In this document: in pieces, positions 1 to 15,600 of the stretch
How positions within the stretch are numbered: position 1 is the stretch's first letter
Layout: each line of letters starts with the position of its first letter
NCBI GenBank assembly: GCA_012295275.1
Contig: CM022666.1
Coordinates: 13,950,001 to 14,014,000 of the forward strand
DNA from: Chrysomallon squamiferum
Lineage: Eukaryota > Animalia > Mollusca
Reading direction: 5' to 3'
Length of the DNA stretch: 64,000 nt
Translations under genes and position numbers: made by a program
The notes under the pieces: model-generated
What the model was told of the DNA's origin: nothing
Databases searched by the model: none
The model's input: the letters and a program-made list of their open reading frames with translations, nothing else

Positions 1-224
1 GCTTTGAACCCTCCAGTCATCAAATGACAGTATTGCAGCTACTTACTAACTTTTGTTAAGGATCCAAAATTGCTGTCACAGTGATGAAATCAAATTAAAG
101 AAATGACAATCATGAACCTAAATCATGTTTAAGTTTTATAATATCAGTTCCTAACTGAATGAGATTTAAAATGTTGATTTAAGGATTCAAGTTAGAATTT
201 ATTTGTTTGTTTGTTTGTTTTCAG

Positions 225-486
225 TTTACAAATTCCTGAAAAAGAATTTGCCGAGAATCTACGAAAGTCGCAGTCTCAGAAAATGGCTCACAGCAGGTAA
301 AACTGGTTTGAAGCTTTTCTCATACTGATATTACTTTCTAAGTTACTTGTGACTTTGAAATTGATGTCTACTGTTTCCATTGCAGAAAGTTAATAGTTAT
401 TATTAAATAATAAATTTACTATTTTCATTAGTACTTGCATTGTGCAATAATAAACACTGTATTACATATGTTTATATGTGAGTATA

Positions 487-521
<35 letters not shown>

Positions 522-3500
522 ATTGTGTGTCCATATAGATATAGATAGACATAGACACAGACAGATAGATATAGATAGACATAGACACAGACAGATAGAT
601 ATAGACATATATAAATAGGTAGGTAGATATATAGATAGATAGATAGATGGATAGATAGATAATATATTCATTTACATGTGCATCACATTTGTTGCTAACA
701 CTGAAATAATGTTTCACATTTTCAGTGTTGCCCAGGGTGTTCTGATGTTCAAGAAGGGGAAGCAACTGGAGGCTATGCAGCACTTGAACAGAGCTCTTCA
801 GATAGATGAGAAAAATGTAGAGGCTTTGGTAGCAAGGGGAGCTTTGTAAGTGCAGTTTTTTTTTACCATCTGTCACACTGTGGACTTTTCAGATTAGTAA
901 TGATGTGTTAATCCATTAGTTTTGGTTGTTAGAATATTTCTGTGTATATCTACAAAAAATGTTTTGATTTTTAATAATAATAATAATAATGAATAACTCA
1001 AAATGTCATAAGAAATGTATATATTTACGTTTTTAGAACATTTAAAAAAAATATATTAACTATTAAATTATCGTCTTATTTCAGAAATGGCTTTAAAATA
1101 TATATAATTATGTTTTTGTATTTATTTATTTTTGTTTTTATTTTATTTCAGGTATGCCAACAATGAAAGTTATTCGCGGGCTATTGATGATTTTGAAGAA
1201 GCTTTGTCAGTGAACACACAACATGTTAATGCAAGAAAATATTTGTATGAGACTCTTATAGTGAAGGGAAAAGCGTAAGTAAAAACAAATTCATTGTCTT
1301 TCAGTCTCTAAAATCAACAGTTGTGATTAACATATACCTCTAGTGATGTGAAAAAATAATCTAAATATTATCTGGCATGTCCAAGTTATATTTTATTTGT
1401 TTTCTGCTAGCCAGTCTTAATTAATAATGAAGTATAACAACGAAAGAGACAAGTTTAAAAATATTTAGATCATAGAAGAAATTGTCTCAGTATTTTCTGC
1501 ATATATCCCATTTATATTTTATTTGGTAGCTGCTGTCCAATCTTAATTAATAATAAAGTATAAAAGTGAAAGAGTACAGGTTAAATTTACATTTAGTCTG
1601 ATTTTTTATTAAAATTCTTATCCCTATGATTTCTGAAGCTGTTTCAAATTGAAAATTTTACCTTCTGCAACATTTATTTATTACATTAATAAAACAAGCG
1701 TAGTACCATTAATCTTGCAAGTTTGGGACCAGAAATGACCCTAATTTTGATGTTTTCTGGTTTTCTAGACCAAGTCTTACAATTCAGTTAAAATATAAAA
1801 TAAACAATCATAATTAAAAAAAAACGAAATTGTATTTGAAAGACACAAATCCATACATTTCTAAAGCCAATTTTCTTGGTATCTGTATAACGTTTGAATA
1901 TTTTATCAGATTACTGGTATATCTATCTAACTGTTTATCTATATATATAACTACCTACCTATATCTATCTATCTATCTGCCTGCCTACTTATCTGTCTAT
2001 TTATTTATTTATTTATTTGTTTGTTTGTTTGTTTGTTTGTTTGTTTGTTAAGTTTATTTATTTATTTATTTATTTATTTATGTGTAGTGATGAAGAGTGT
2101 GGAGATCTGGAAGAGGCAGAAGAAAGCTACAGGAAAGCTGTTGTGTTATTTCCAGTGAAAACAGAAGCAAAAGAAGCTTTACGATCTTTGATAACCAAAC
2201 AGGTTAAAGTTTGTTTACTAAACAGACTCAGTTACATTTCACAGTAAACAAATAAAAAAAACCATAATTTTTCTGTATTTTTACCTCATATCAAAAGAAT
2301 TTAGGATAAGAAATTTAATTTCAGCAATTTTTTATAATTATTTGGTACCGAACAAAAAAGCATTTGAGATAAAACTTACAACTTAAAACTTATAAAAGAT
2401 ATAATTTTCTCAGTAGCTTACCCACCATGAAATGATAAGGAGAGTTAAGCATATACATGAAAGATGTAATTAGCGTTTCGTTGTTGATGTTTCCTAAATA
2501 CCATTCTTATTAAGCAACAAGTCTGTGAATAATCATAATAATTAAATCATAATATTTAAGAAATTTTGACTACACATTTTATAAATATTTAAATATACAC
2601 AAATATAAAATTAAATATTAAACTAACTAGTGAGAAGGTCAGTTAGAGAGATCTGTCATTCATCAAGTGTTTTTATGTGTGTTATAATTTTCAGTTGAAG
2701 AAACACTCCACTGACAGAGAAGATTGTGATGTCAGATCTCCGACACCTGACAGTAAACACAGATCTAGGTAACCAGTCAGTTCTTGAGTTTATTTATAAA
2801 AACATAAATGTATTCCTGCTTAATTTCTTCACTACTTGAGAGAGTAATTATCGTCTGACGACAAGAATTTAGCTGTTGTGGAAGTGAACATCACAAAGTC
2901 ATTGATTGAAGTGTTTTATGATAAAAAATCTCTTGTAATTTGATCTCTTTCACTATGAGTACAGAGAGAAGTCAAATTTGTGACTGCTACAGCTGCTACT
3001 GTAGATACTCAAGAATTTAAATATTTAATCTTGATTACTTTATGTTAACTGACAGTTATTAACAAACTGATTTGTCGTTGAACTGTTTCATGTAATTTCT
3101 TTTTTAAATATAACACTTTAATTTGGATGTTTAACATCAAACAGTAAGATGTACTAATTGTATCAATTCCAGGTTTAAATAATAAATTGTGATTTTTACA
3201 TATATGCTATCTATCACTGTTTCTGTTCATATTATCTCTAACTTCTCTGATCATACTCCTTTTTTTTTGTAAAATAATTTTAATTTTCTTTCTTCTTGCA
3301 GTCGTGGAAGTTTTAAAAGAAAACATTCTATCGGAGGTTATGTATCACCTCCTCCAAAACGTCGACATCGAAATTCAGATTCACCTTCTCCCCACTACAA
3401 ACAGAACCAGCAGACTCCTGATCAGTTTTCTCATGGCCTGGACTACAGGATTTCTCATCGAAAGGACAAAGTTAAAGACCAGCACTGGAATACTGAAGCA

Positions 3501-6030
3501 CCTCGAGGAAAGGATCAGAAAGACGAAGGCAGAGATTATTCAGAAAAGGAAAGGAGAAAGTCTCAGACTTACGGAGATTGGCATTCGAGAAAAGATTATG
3601 ACAGATCTCCTGAAGATGGAACCTCACCTGGTTATGAGAAGTGTAAGAATTACAGAAGTCCTCCAAACAGGCACTGGTCAGAACGGGATAGAGAACTGAT
3701 GAGAAGAGAGAGCTTCAGTAAAATAAGATTGTCCAGTAGGTCTCCAGAAAGTAGCAGTTCTTCAAGGAGAGTTTCAGGTCATGATCTCAGTAGAAAGAGT
3801 GACAAGTCTGACTTCAGTAAAAGTCCTATTGATGTGGAGGAATATTTGTATGGAGATGTTAAAGTGAAAGACGATGAAGAAAAGTTGTTGAGAGAAAAGT
3901 CAAAGTCTGCTGGTAAGAAAGGTTAAGAGATCTAGTGTGTCTGAAAAAGATTTCTCTCGTGATTCTTTTTATTCTTCACCTTCGACTGGAAAACATGGCA
4001 GGAGATCATTGCAAAGTGATTTAAGAGGAAAGAACAAGAAGTTTTATGATTCTCCTGAAAGACAAACGGTTGTCTCTGAGAAATCATCCAGTTCATCAAA
4101 ATACAGATCATATTGTCTTGAAGATGATTCTGAAACTCTCTCACGATTCTCAAAGAGAGAACAATATTTATCTCCTAGAGAGAGAAGCTCTAGAATGTTA
4201 AAATCTGAAACAAAACAACAAAGTCCTGAAATTGAAGGACCAGAGATCTATGATCCATCGCCCAAAGATGAAAGAAAAATATTCTTAGTAGCTAATCCTT
4301 TCTCTGCAAAGAATAAAGCTGAAAATGTGGACAGAGATTTGGAGAGTCCAAAAGACAAATACAAACATGAAAAGTATCAAAAGAGTCCACGTTCTGGAAG
4401 AAAAAGAACTGAGAAATATGATACTTCATTTTACGAAAAGGATAAGTGTGATCAAAAACACAGATATGATGAAAGTCCAGATTCAAGAAGACTGAAACAT
4501 GAAGGACGAGAGAGACAAAGAGAGAGTTTACACCGTGAAAGAAGCTCTCATTATTTTGATTCTGACAAGGATAGATATGCCAGTGAATCCAAGACAGAGG
4601 AAAAGAAAGGGGAACAAGACTGGAATGAACCTCGCAGACTGAAAATTTCATCCTTAGGAAGTAGAGCTGATGCTTCAAAGAGCAGTGTTGAAGATCTCAG
4701 TCAGTCTGTGATGTCCATTCACCAGAGACAGAATTACAACACTGAGAAGTCACAGACTGTTTTCAGTTGCAGACTGGAAAAGAAAGGTTATGAGCAGACA
4801 GGCAAGAAATCTTGCAGACAAGATGAAATGGATTCACAAGAAAGCGATCCAGAGTTAGTTTTGCCACTGAGGGCAGGATTAACCATACCTTCAAGATGGG
4901 ATTCTCCTCAAGATGTACGGATCCAGAATAAATTATGGAGCCAGCGTTTAGCTTGTGATGATAGGCCTGGTGAAACACCTGACAAAGGCACAGGTATCTC
5001 CTGGAAAGAACGGAATACCAATGAACCTGGATTTAAGACTAGTAAGAGGAGAAGATCCAGCAGATCATCCACTAGTAGCAGCAGTAGTTCCAGTGGTAGA
5101 TCTAGTTCATCATCATCATCATCATCATCCTCAAGGACTTCGAGATCAGGCAGTCAGAAAAAAAAGATTCAGGAAAGTCGCGATGGTCTCGTGTCAAACA
5201 GAGTCAGGAGACAGAGCAGTGATGAAGTGAGAAACATTAACCTTCCAGATATAATTCAGAGCGCAAGTACAGCGGTTAGTTACAAGTGTGATAAGGAGAA
5301 TGAATCTAGAAGGGGGAGAACTGAAAGTCAGAGAAGGGAAACTGGTAAATCCAGCCAGGAACAAAAGATGGGTTCAAAGACTAGAAGTCAAAGTAGGTCG
5401 GCTGAGAGAACTCCAAGTAGATCAAGGAAAAGGAGTCGCAGTAGATCGAAGAAGAGACATGGAAGTAGATCAAAGAAAACAAATCAAAGTAGGTCAAGGA
5501 AAAAGAGTAAATCAAGGAAAAAAAGTCGGAGTAAATCAAGGAAAAGAAGTCGGAGTAGATCAAAGAAAAGAAGTCAGAATAGATCGAGGAAAAGGAACAG
5601 GAGTGAAAGTAGATCAAGAAAGAAACACTCCAGTAGATCAGCAAAGAGAAATAAAAGTAGATCCATTGAGAAATCAACATCTAGTCAGAGTAAACACAGA
5701 AGTAAATCCAGGACTGAAGTTGTGGGTTCTGCAGGTTCTCCTGCTGATAGCGGAGTGAAAACCAGGCAGAGCAGAAGAGACAGTCACCAGTCAGAAAAGG
5801 ACAGACGCTTGTCTTCATCTTTCTCTCACTCTCCTGGCTCAGCAAAGAAGAAAAACCAGACGTCTGACGCAGACAAAGATAAAAACACAAAGTCTTCTGG
5901 TGAAAATGTTGACAAAGATACAGATTCAGCCATCAAGGCTTCGTTGGATGAATATGAACAGTTTTTGTCAACTCTGAAGCAGAATAAAAAACAGCAGTGG
6001 ATTGCTGAGGGCAAACTGAAGCTAAGCTGA
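225..6030 (+). CDS. TTC14: Tetratricopeptide repeat protein 14, 3' part (5' exons lie upstream of the window)
   Basis: GT-AG exons with matching phases: 225-296, 726-845, 1152-1274, 2088-2202, 2695-2768, 3302-6030. Spliced translation [123 protein letters not shown] matches the TTC14 TPR block I recall ([22 protein letters not shown]...HRNARKYLCQTL). The last exon is S/R/K-rich and needs one frameshift at about 3892-3923 to join ORF 3937-6030. Confidence 0.9.
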
Positions 6031-6094
6031 ACAGAACTGTAATAATGTATGAAAACTGTTAGAGGATTACCTGGGCAGAAGAAAGAATGATAAA

Positions 6095-6410
6095 TAAAAT
6101 GGCATCATCATCATCATCAGATATCATGGTCATACTGATCCATTTATGAGCATAATTATTTAAGAGCATAAATTAAAGTTAAAAAATGAATGAAATTTAA
6201 AAAGTGAGTAATTTTTATGATCTAAAATGGAGTCATCATCATTGTCAGGTATCACAATCATACTGGACTATTTATGAGCATAATTGTTTAAGATAAAAAT
6301 GAATGAAACATAAAAAGTAGGTAATTTTATGATCTCAAAGAATTTACTGAATTAAAAAGTTGTCAGAGTATCTTGTACCATTATATGTTGGTATATTTAT
6401 GAACACAATT
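6095..6410 (+). repeat. Diverged ~110-130 bp tandem duplication (about 2.5 copies) in the TTC14 3' UTR
   Basis: The block aaaatgg..tcatcatc..catactg..atttatgagcataatt..aaaatgaatgaaa..taaaaagt..taatttt..atgatct occurs twice, with a partial third copy. Confidence 0.7.
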
Positions 6411-7413
6411 ATCAGAAGTGTATAAACTAACTCAAATAAGGCTGCTTATTGAGATCCTGGTTAATGTATTGTCAAGAAAGATTATCAGCAGCAGCTTGTT
6501 CCATCATCTAAAAGATGCTAAATTATTAATGTCACAGTTGTTGACAAGGTAAATTAAGATCAGGCTGAAAAAAAACCATCAGTGAAAAAATGGCTTTTAG
6601 TTTATTTTGATAAGGGAATTGATATCATGATCATATCTGATAAATTTGTGAGTGAATCTCGTTTGAAATTTGTGGACATTAAAATCCAGGGTGAATATGC
6701 TTTAAGGTAGCTTTTCAATTTTAAATAATTGTTTAAGATAAGGTTTTGGTGGGCAACCAGTTTAAGATGGTCAAGCTTTTATTATGATTTGTATGCTTAT
6801 TATTCTCTGTTATTAGCTATGTTTTCAGTGTAATAAATTCATCAGATTTTTTGTTTTTAATGCAAATCTTTTTGTAACTTTTTTGTTATGAAAATGAAAT
6901 CCCTTGATGAACTGAGTATGTGATAAATATAGTTTGTAATAACAATCTGGTGTTTAATATGCAAGTTTATTATCTAGGACAGTAAATTTTTTTATTTATT
7001 TATTTAAAAAAAAAACATATTTATTTTATTTTATTTTTATATATATTTTTTTGGACATTGGCATTGTCGTATAGTGCAGTTAATTTATGGTTAATGAATC
7101 CACTTTTGTCATGTTTTATTACTTCTGCTACTACTACTACTACTGCTATAATTATTATTATTATTATTATTATTATTACAGATTTGATTACTCACTTGTT
7201 TTCATGTGTTTAATTCAAATTATTCTGACTAGCAGAAGTTCAGTTCACACTTGTTGGATATTTAATAATTTATATTTAAAATATTGTTATTATATTCATC
7301 AGCTTTTTATATTTTGTTCTTTTTTTTTTTTTTTTTTTACTGGTTGTTAACTTGTATATAAAAATCCTGAAGTATTGTTCACTAAATTAATCTTCTGTGA
7401 TAAATAGGAAGTT

Positions 7414-7419
7414 AATAAA
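7414..7419 (+). terminator. Candidate poly(A) signal of TTC14
   Basis: AATAAA followed ~25 nt later by a GT/T-rich tract. It coincides with the end of the CpG-poor zone. The AT-rich context limits certainty. Confidence 0.4.
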
Positions 7420-7538
7420 ATAATTTTTCAGCAGAACTTTGCGTCCTGTTTTTTTTTTATTTTTTTTTTTTTTTAAATTCTGTCTCTCCTCTAATTTTTA
7501 TTTATTTATTTTTGTTTTGTTCGTGTGTTTTTCATTGA

Positions 7539-7577
<39 letters not shown>

Positions 7578-7906
7578 GATTATTATTATTATTATTATTA
7601 TTTAACTTTTTAGCTTTCGTTTCTCTTCTTTTTATATTATTATTATTTTTTTTTCTTTTTTTTTTTCGGAATCTTCAGGATACTAAAGAGTACGTTAGGT
7701 GGTCTGAATAAATGGTCTAATATAAGTTTTATACTTCCAAGTTGTTACTTTATAGTTTTGAATGACCTATCACCGTTAACAACAGTTAACAAATACAATA
7801 TTATTACAAAACATCTTAACACGACCATTCTAACTTTTTAACAACTGGAGTCGTGACGTCATCATGAGTATTAAAGGTACATTTTTTATATTCTTTAAAA
7901 TAGAAT

Positions 7907-7943
<37 letters not shown>

Positions 7944-8115
7944 TAATAATGACCAATTTTACACATTATAACCTGCGCCTTCCGTTAACAAAGGGACGCA
8001 ACTGATGCCGATTTTTTCGATAGCTGGTTTAAACTGATTTAAAGAACTTTAATTCTTCATTATCCTAATGTTATTTGACTAAAGACATGATCAAATTACA
8101 TAGCCAGTATCAACA

Positions 8116-8635
8116 AAGTCCAGGACAAATCGTTTAATAAATATGCGGACAAAACCACAACCTATTTCAGCAAAATTTAGAGGTAGATTTTCTGATGTAC
8201 TAGTTATTGTTTATAAATATTTGCCTCTGCTTTTACATAATTACAAACTGCTACACGTATTGATCATGATAGCTTCACGTATTTATTAAAAAAATAAATA
8301 AATAAATAAAAAATAAAAAATTTTACATAATAGAGAACTGTCGCGTGTAGAGTTATGAGAAAATGTATTTTCCAGGATCATAGTAATCTAAAAGTGGAGC
8401 CATAAGGATGTGATGAATTGTTGAACATAAATAAAAGCAGTCAACATTTCATTGTAAGTATTAGTCACAGGCAGGGTAGGGCGGTTTTGGGGGGGAGGGA
8501 GTTTTTTTTTTTTTATTTTTTTTTCCCCAGAGGCTTATTAAAAGTTAAATCACTGTCATTTGTATGCACAAAAATATATGAACTGAAGTCAGGGTTTTGT
8601 CCACGTTTTGTCTGTTCGGGTTTTGTCCTGGTCCC
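8116..8635. mobile_element. Degenerate MITE-like element with GGACAAAACC inverted subterminal repeats
   Basis: Left end ccaggacaaat...gcggacaaaacc (8120-8156) mirrors the right end gggttttgtcc..gggttttgtcctgg (8592-8631). No coding capacity. Confidence 0.5.
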
Positions 8636-8888
8636 AGTAGCTGTTTTGTATAACAGTTTAAAGACTTTTCATTCCTGGCATCAAAAAACTTAGATCGTTT
8701 AATCATGTCCTCTGCATATTTAGAATTCTTATTGCTTGATAAAGAAAACGAAATAAAACAAAACTATAAGAAAGACTGGAGTTGGTGATTTCTCTCGTTA
8801 TTTATCGTTAAACACACACACACACACACACACAGACACACAAACACACACACACAGACAGACAAACAGACAAACACACACACTCCTA

Positions 8889-9085
8889 CTGGCCCATACG
8901 CAAACATTTATGTGGTAGTGTGTGTGGGGTGGGGGTAAACGACGGCCAAATGGTAAAAGGGTTCGAGATCACGTCCCACCCCAAAAACAGTTTTAAATCC
9001 AGAATACGGAGATGCATTTTCCTGCAATGTGTGAACTAAATCTGAAATGTTTCTTTAAATTCAAAATTTGTTTGGTACGGGCCTG
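8889..9085. mobile_element. Short non-autonomous DNA transposon (hAT-like MITE) remnant
   Basis: Imperfect terminal inverted repeats ctggcccatac...gtacgggcctg. The internal G/C runs and ggagatgcattttcctgca resemble a repeat common in marine invertebrate genomes (from memory). No target-site duplication is preserved. Confidence 0.5.
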
Positions 9086-9097
9086 ATTATATATATT

Positions 9098-10833
<1,736 letters not shown>

Positions 10834-11404
10834 GTCTTTCTTTTTTCTTTCTCCGCTGTACATTCTTTCTCTGTCAGTCTGTCACTCTTTCTTTCTGTCT
10901 GTCCCTCTCTGTCCGTCTGTCTGTGTCTCATTCACTCTCTCTCTCTCTCTCTCTCTATTCGTCTGTCTCTTTTTGTCCTTCTTCCCTCGTCTTTCTTTCT
11001 TTTTTTTTTTTTTCTCTCTGTATACGTACTAAAATGGAATGAGAAAAGAAACCGTTGAAAGGAAACGAAATTTATTTTAAAACGTATAAGAAGGAAAAAC
11101 GAGTAATATTTTATAGTATAGTTTGTTATAATGACATTTTGTTTTGTTTGTTTTCCTAAATATCGTATTTTTTAATGATTTCGTGAGTTTCAAATATATC
11201 TATTTTAAAAAATCAAGCAACGCTTTACTGGTACAAAGGCTGAAAGAAACCCGATGCCTGTTTCTAAATATTTAATAAGTGTACTGTTTAGAATTGCGTG
11301 TCGTGTTTTTTTGTTAGTTTTTTTTTTTTTTTTTTTTTTTTTTTCTGCGATTATTGATCATCATCATGGAAATTGGATGTTACATCGGATTTCCGAAATC
11401 ACAG

Positions 11405-11446
<42 letters not shown>

Positions 11447-13780
11447 TATTGATCTGTTAGATGACTGATGGTTAGAAAAGTTACACTTGTAATTTCTGTC
11501 CTGTAAAGTTTTCCTTTTCTCCTGTACTGTTTTCTCTTTCACAGTATGTGCACACACATTTTTATTATTATTATTATTACTGTTGTTGTTGTTATTGTTA
11601 TTATTAGTTGCAGTAATAGTAGAAGCAGTAGTGGTGGAAGTAGTTACAGTATAGTTGTAGACATTTGTGTTGTTTTAGTATCAGAACTTGCAGTAATAGT
11701 AGTAGCAATAACTGGAGTACTAGCAGCAGTTATAGTAGTAATTGTAGTAGACGTAATAATAATAATAACAATAGTAGCAGTAGTAGCAGAAGTAATAGTA
11801 ATGGTGGTAGAATAGTAGTAACTGTCGTCGTCATGGTATTTCATAATTATCAGTATTTGTTTGTTATTCTTTCGAAACCTTTCTGCTCTGATGAATTACA
11901 GGAATACACCAACGTCAGTATTTCCAAATGACAGTACTGACATTTTCTGTTGTCCATTTTCGACAAATCTCATAATGTTCTCTGCATGAACACCGAGAAT
12001 AAAGTCGAAATTCTTGTAGAAATTAGAATTTTCTGCCAAGTCATTGGATACAGTATTATATAAATGTCTAATGGTTTATAGAGAATAACTTTAAAAAAAT
12101 ACATACATACATACATACATACATACATAAATCCAAACATTGACACAAACAGCCAAAGACAGACAGACAAACTTACAAAAAAAAGAATATACGCAATCAT
12201 ACACATACAAAGAAGCAAACGTAAATAATCATTCAGATTTTACAACTTATCATAAATTTTATTAAAACATTTATTGATTTTTTTTTTTCTGTTTGTTCAC
12301 GGTAATAATACATTTTCCTTTTTCTTCATTTTCTTTTCATCTTCTTCTTCGTTTTTTTTTTTTTTTTTTTTTTCATTAAAAAAAAAAATAATAATAACAA
12401 TAAAAAATAAAATAAAATAAATAAATAAAAATTAAAAAAATGGCGTTCGTCTTGCTTCACTTCACAATGCCCTCTCCACGTTTATGGTTTACATACAGAT
12501 CGGCTTTGAAGTGTTTTACGAATGAACTATTTTGTTCGCAGATCGATAGCGAATGACTCCACTGTGCAAACACTAGCACTGCTCTCCGTTTCAGCAACTG
12601 CATTCGGCCACCATGAAATATGCAAGAGTTCGTCTGAAAGCGGAATAATTGTACTAAACTGAATATTGCATTAACGTTCGTTCAACTCAGTTCGCGCCAT
12701 CCGAACCATTAGTTCACTGGATGATGACGTTTTAAACAATTTTATTTAGGTCACTGAAAGTACGTTTTTGTGAAACAACACTGTCAGTTGTTTGTTAAAG
12801 ACGACGACAACACAACAACAACAACCACACTACTACTACTACTACTACTACTATTAGTAATAATAATAATAATAATAAGAAGAAGAAGAAGAAGAAGAAA
12901 AACCCAACAAAAAACGATAATAAAAATACCTAGTACATAGGTAGACAGACACAGACAGACAGACAGACAGGTAGATTGTTGAATAGATAGAGGGATTTTA
13001 AACTGGAATTATTTCTTAATAAATAAGACAAAATCTAATCAAACATTTTCTATTTCTTGACAAAATGTACCGCATGCATCGTAACCATTCCGTGCAGATT
13101 GGAACGGGAAATTCAGTGATTGATTCCTGCGGCAAGTAATACGCCAGTGAGTCAACTCGTGCATTTTTCAATACACAAACAACAGACGTAAATGTGAGCG
13201 ACAGCGAATGATCTGTTTTCCTTACATTAATGAAACATGTAACATGATTCACGTTGAGAACGTGCAAATAACCCAGGACGAACTGCAAATCTCGTTTTCA
13301 CTTTTTATTCCACATGCCTTAACTTTTCGTGTGCATAGTCACACCTTCGTACAAAGAAAAATAATTTAATAAATTAGAGTGATATAAGAACAGAAAGAGT
13401 GCGACGATGATGATAATGATGATGACAACGACAGTGAAGATGCGGTGATGTTTATATTTGCCTAATGAATTTTCAAAAATATTCATCTACGGGGTTTTCT
13501 TGATAAATGATATTTTAGATGTTACTTACTGTCGTCGTCGTTGTTGTAGTTGTATGTAGTAGTAGTAGTATTATCTGAGATTCTCTAAAGAATGACAGAA
13601 ATATTTTATGTCAGATTAAGGATATCAATAAAATGTAATCAACTAAAAGTTTCATGTCACTGGAGTACGTTTTAATACATCATACTCATCGTTAGCTACT
13701 GTATGAATTGTATTCAGATTTTTCAGTAGAGTTTTTAATTTAATATATTTATCATCATCATCATCATGCTCATTGTCATC

Positions 13781-13822
<42 letters not shown>

Positions 13823-14561
13823 TTAGATTAATGTGTTACAAGATCATTGAAAAGTTTATCGTTTATCGTTATACCAACTAGTTTTAAACTAAAGTTGAAA
13901 TCAGAAAGTGACAGTATATCATTTATTCTTTTAACGATCACCTCACAATTAAAAACGTTTAACTGGATTAGTTGACGGGATTGTTTATCCTCTCTCTGAA
14001 GAGAAAACCCAGAACAGAAACATGTCGCAAGTAATTATGCACGAGTTACATCTTCCTGGTGATATCAGCGAACAGCCGAACAGCATAGTAACTTTCTGCA
14101 CTGAGATTTTTTGAAATTTCTGTAAATCTTATCTGATCTGACACTTTCGTACGAAAATACTTTACGACAGTCGCTAATTATCCAAACTCCAGCTTTTGAG
14201 ATTGTCGAAGATTGTAAGTAAACAGTGGTTCCGTTTGCCTCAGACAAGACGGACAGACAGCACGCGGTGGTCGAAATCGTGATGATTTGCGTGCGTCGCC
14301 TTGACGATCTTTCCCGAAGACAGTGAAACAGACACTTAAGAAGCGATTGCAATCGCACCGCGTCTTAAAGCAGATAATATCAACATCGTGGAATTAAACG
14401 AAAGGAACTTTCGATTGGCTTGCAGAAGTCGGTAATAGGGTTATAACCCATCACGCAGAGTTCGTTTGAAGTGTGGTTGATCGCAGTATCAGCCCGCAGT
14501 ATTTGTATTTCGCGTTCCAACCGCTTTAGAAAGGTTCTTAGGGATGCTGTTAAGATTGCGG

Positions 14562-14632
14562 GCGGGTTGATGGTCAGTGGTTAGAGCTTAAGATTGAGAC
14601 GTAATTGGTAGAATCATCGGTTCTGATCAGTG
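14562..14632 (+). mobile_element. tRNA-derived SINE head fragment (degenerate A and B boxes)
   Basis: tggtcagtggttagagc (A-box-like, 14571-14587) and ggttctgatc (B-box-like, 14619-14628) at tRNA-like spacing. No complete cloverleaf. Confidence 0.35.
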
Positions 14633-15169
14633 CGTCTATTATACAATTTCTCGTTCCAACCACTGCTCCGTGATTTTTTTTTCATTTAGAAATATAACAT
14701 TATAAAAAGCCATGGTTGAGATTTTATATCTAAGAAAACATACAGTTAAAACATCGCTAGGAGACAATCGTAAAGAATAAAACATTAAATGACTTCTACG
14801 GGTTTCTTTTCGCCTTGTTTGTATCATTCTTAACCAAAAGTATGACGTCATGTATCAATACATCATAAATATTGTACGTTCGCCATTAAATATTTCTTTG
14901 TTCGTGTCCAGATTATGAACTGACACATGCGAGTTTTTTTTTTTTTTTTCGTATCACTGTTATTTAAGATCTGAAAGCAACAGACAGATTTTAACGTTTA
15001 ATCATTGAAATGTGCTGGGTCTGTAATGTCTTTTATTTCTAATCCAGAACTGTCTGGATTCCTGATCAGCCACACCACTTAGAGTCAGCTTGTATGTAGG
15101 CTGCATGTGTTGGTGTACGTAAACAGTGAACAATGACTGGATTAATTTTAAACTGAAATTACGATTTTT

Positions 15170-15600
15170 ATTTGCTTTGTTATTTTATTTTATTCTATTT
15201 TATTTTATTTTATGTTATTTTATTATTAATAGTTTAAATTTTATGGTTAATTTTTCTTCTAATTTTTATTTATTTATTTATTTTATTTTATTTTATTTTA
15301 TTTTATTTTATTTTATTTTATGTTATTTTATTATTAATAGTTTAAATTTTATGGTTAATTTTTCTTCTAATTTGTATTTATTTATTTATTTATTTCATTT
15401 TATTTTGTTATTATTTTGAAATTTTATTAATATTATTATTTTATTATATTTGTTTATTTACTTATGTATGTATGTATGTATGTATGTATGTATGTATGTA
15501 TGTATGTATGTATGTTTGTATGTATGTATGTATGTATGGATGGATGGATGGATGTATAAATATATGTATGTATGAATGTATGTATGGATGTATTTATTTA
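15170..15600. repeat. AT-rich duplicated block plus (TATG)n microsatellite
   Basis: tgttattttattattaatagtttaaattttatggttaatttttcttctaatt is present twice, followed by a (tgta)n run. Confidence 0.85.

Noticed and set aside
4292-6014. Antisense and alternate-frame ORFs over the TTC14 last exon
   Set aside because: They are shadows of a repetitive purine-rich coding sequence.
14562-14632. Functional tRNA gene
   Set aside because: Only degenerate A/B boxes; no acceptor stem or anticodon arm can be folded.
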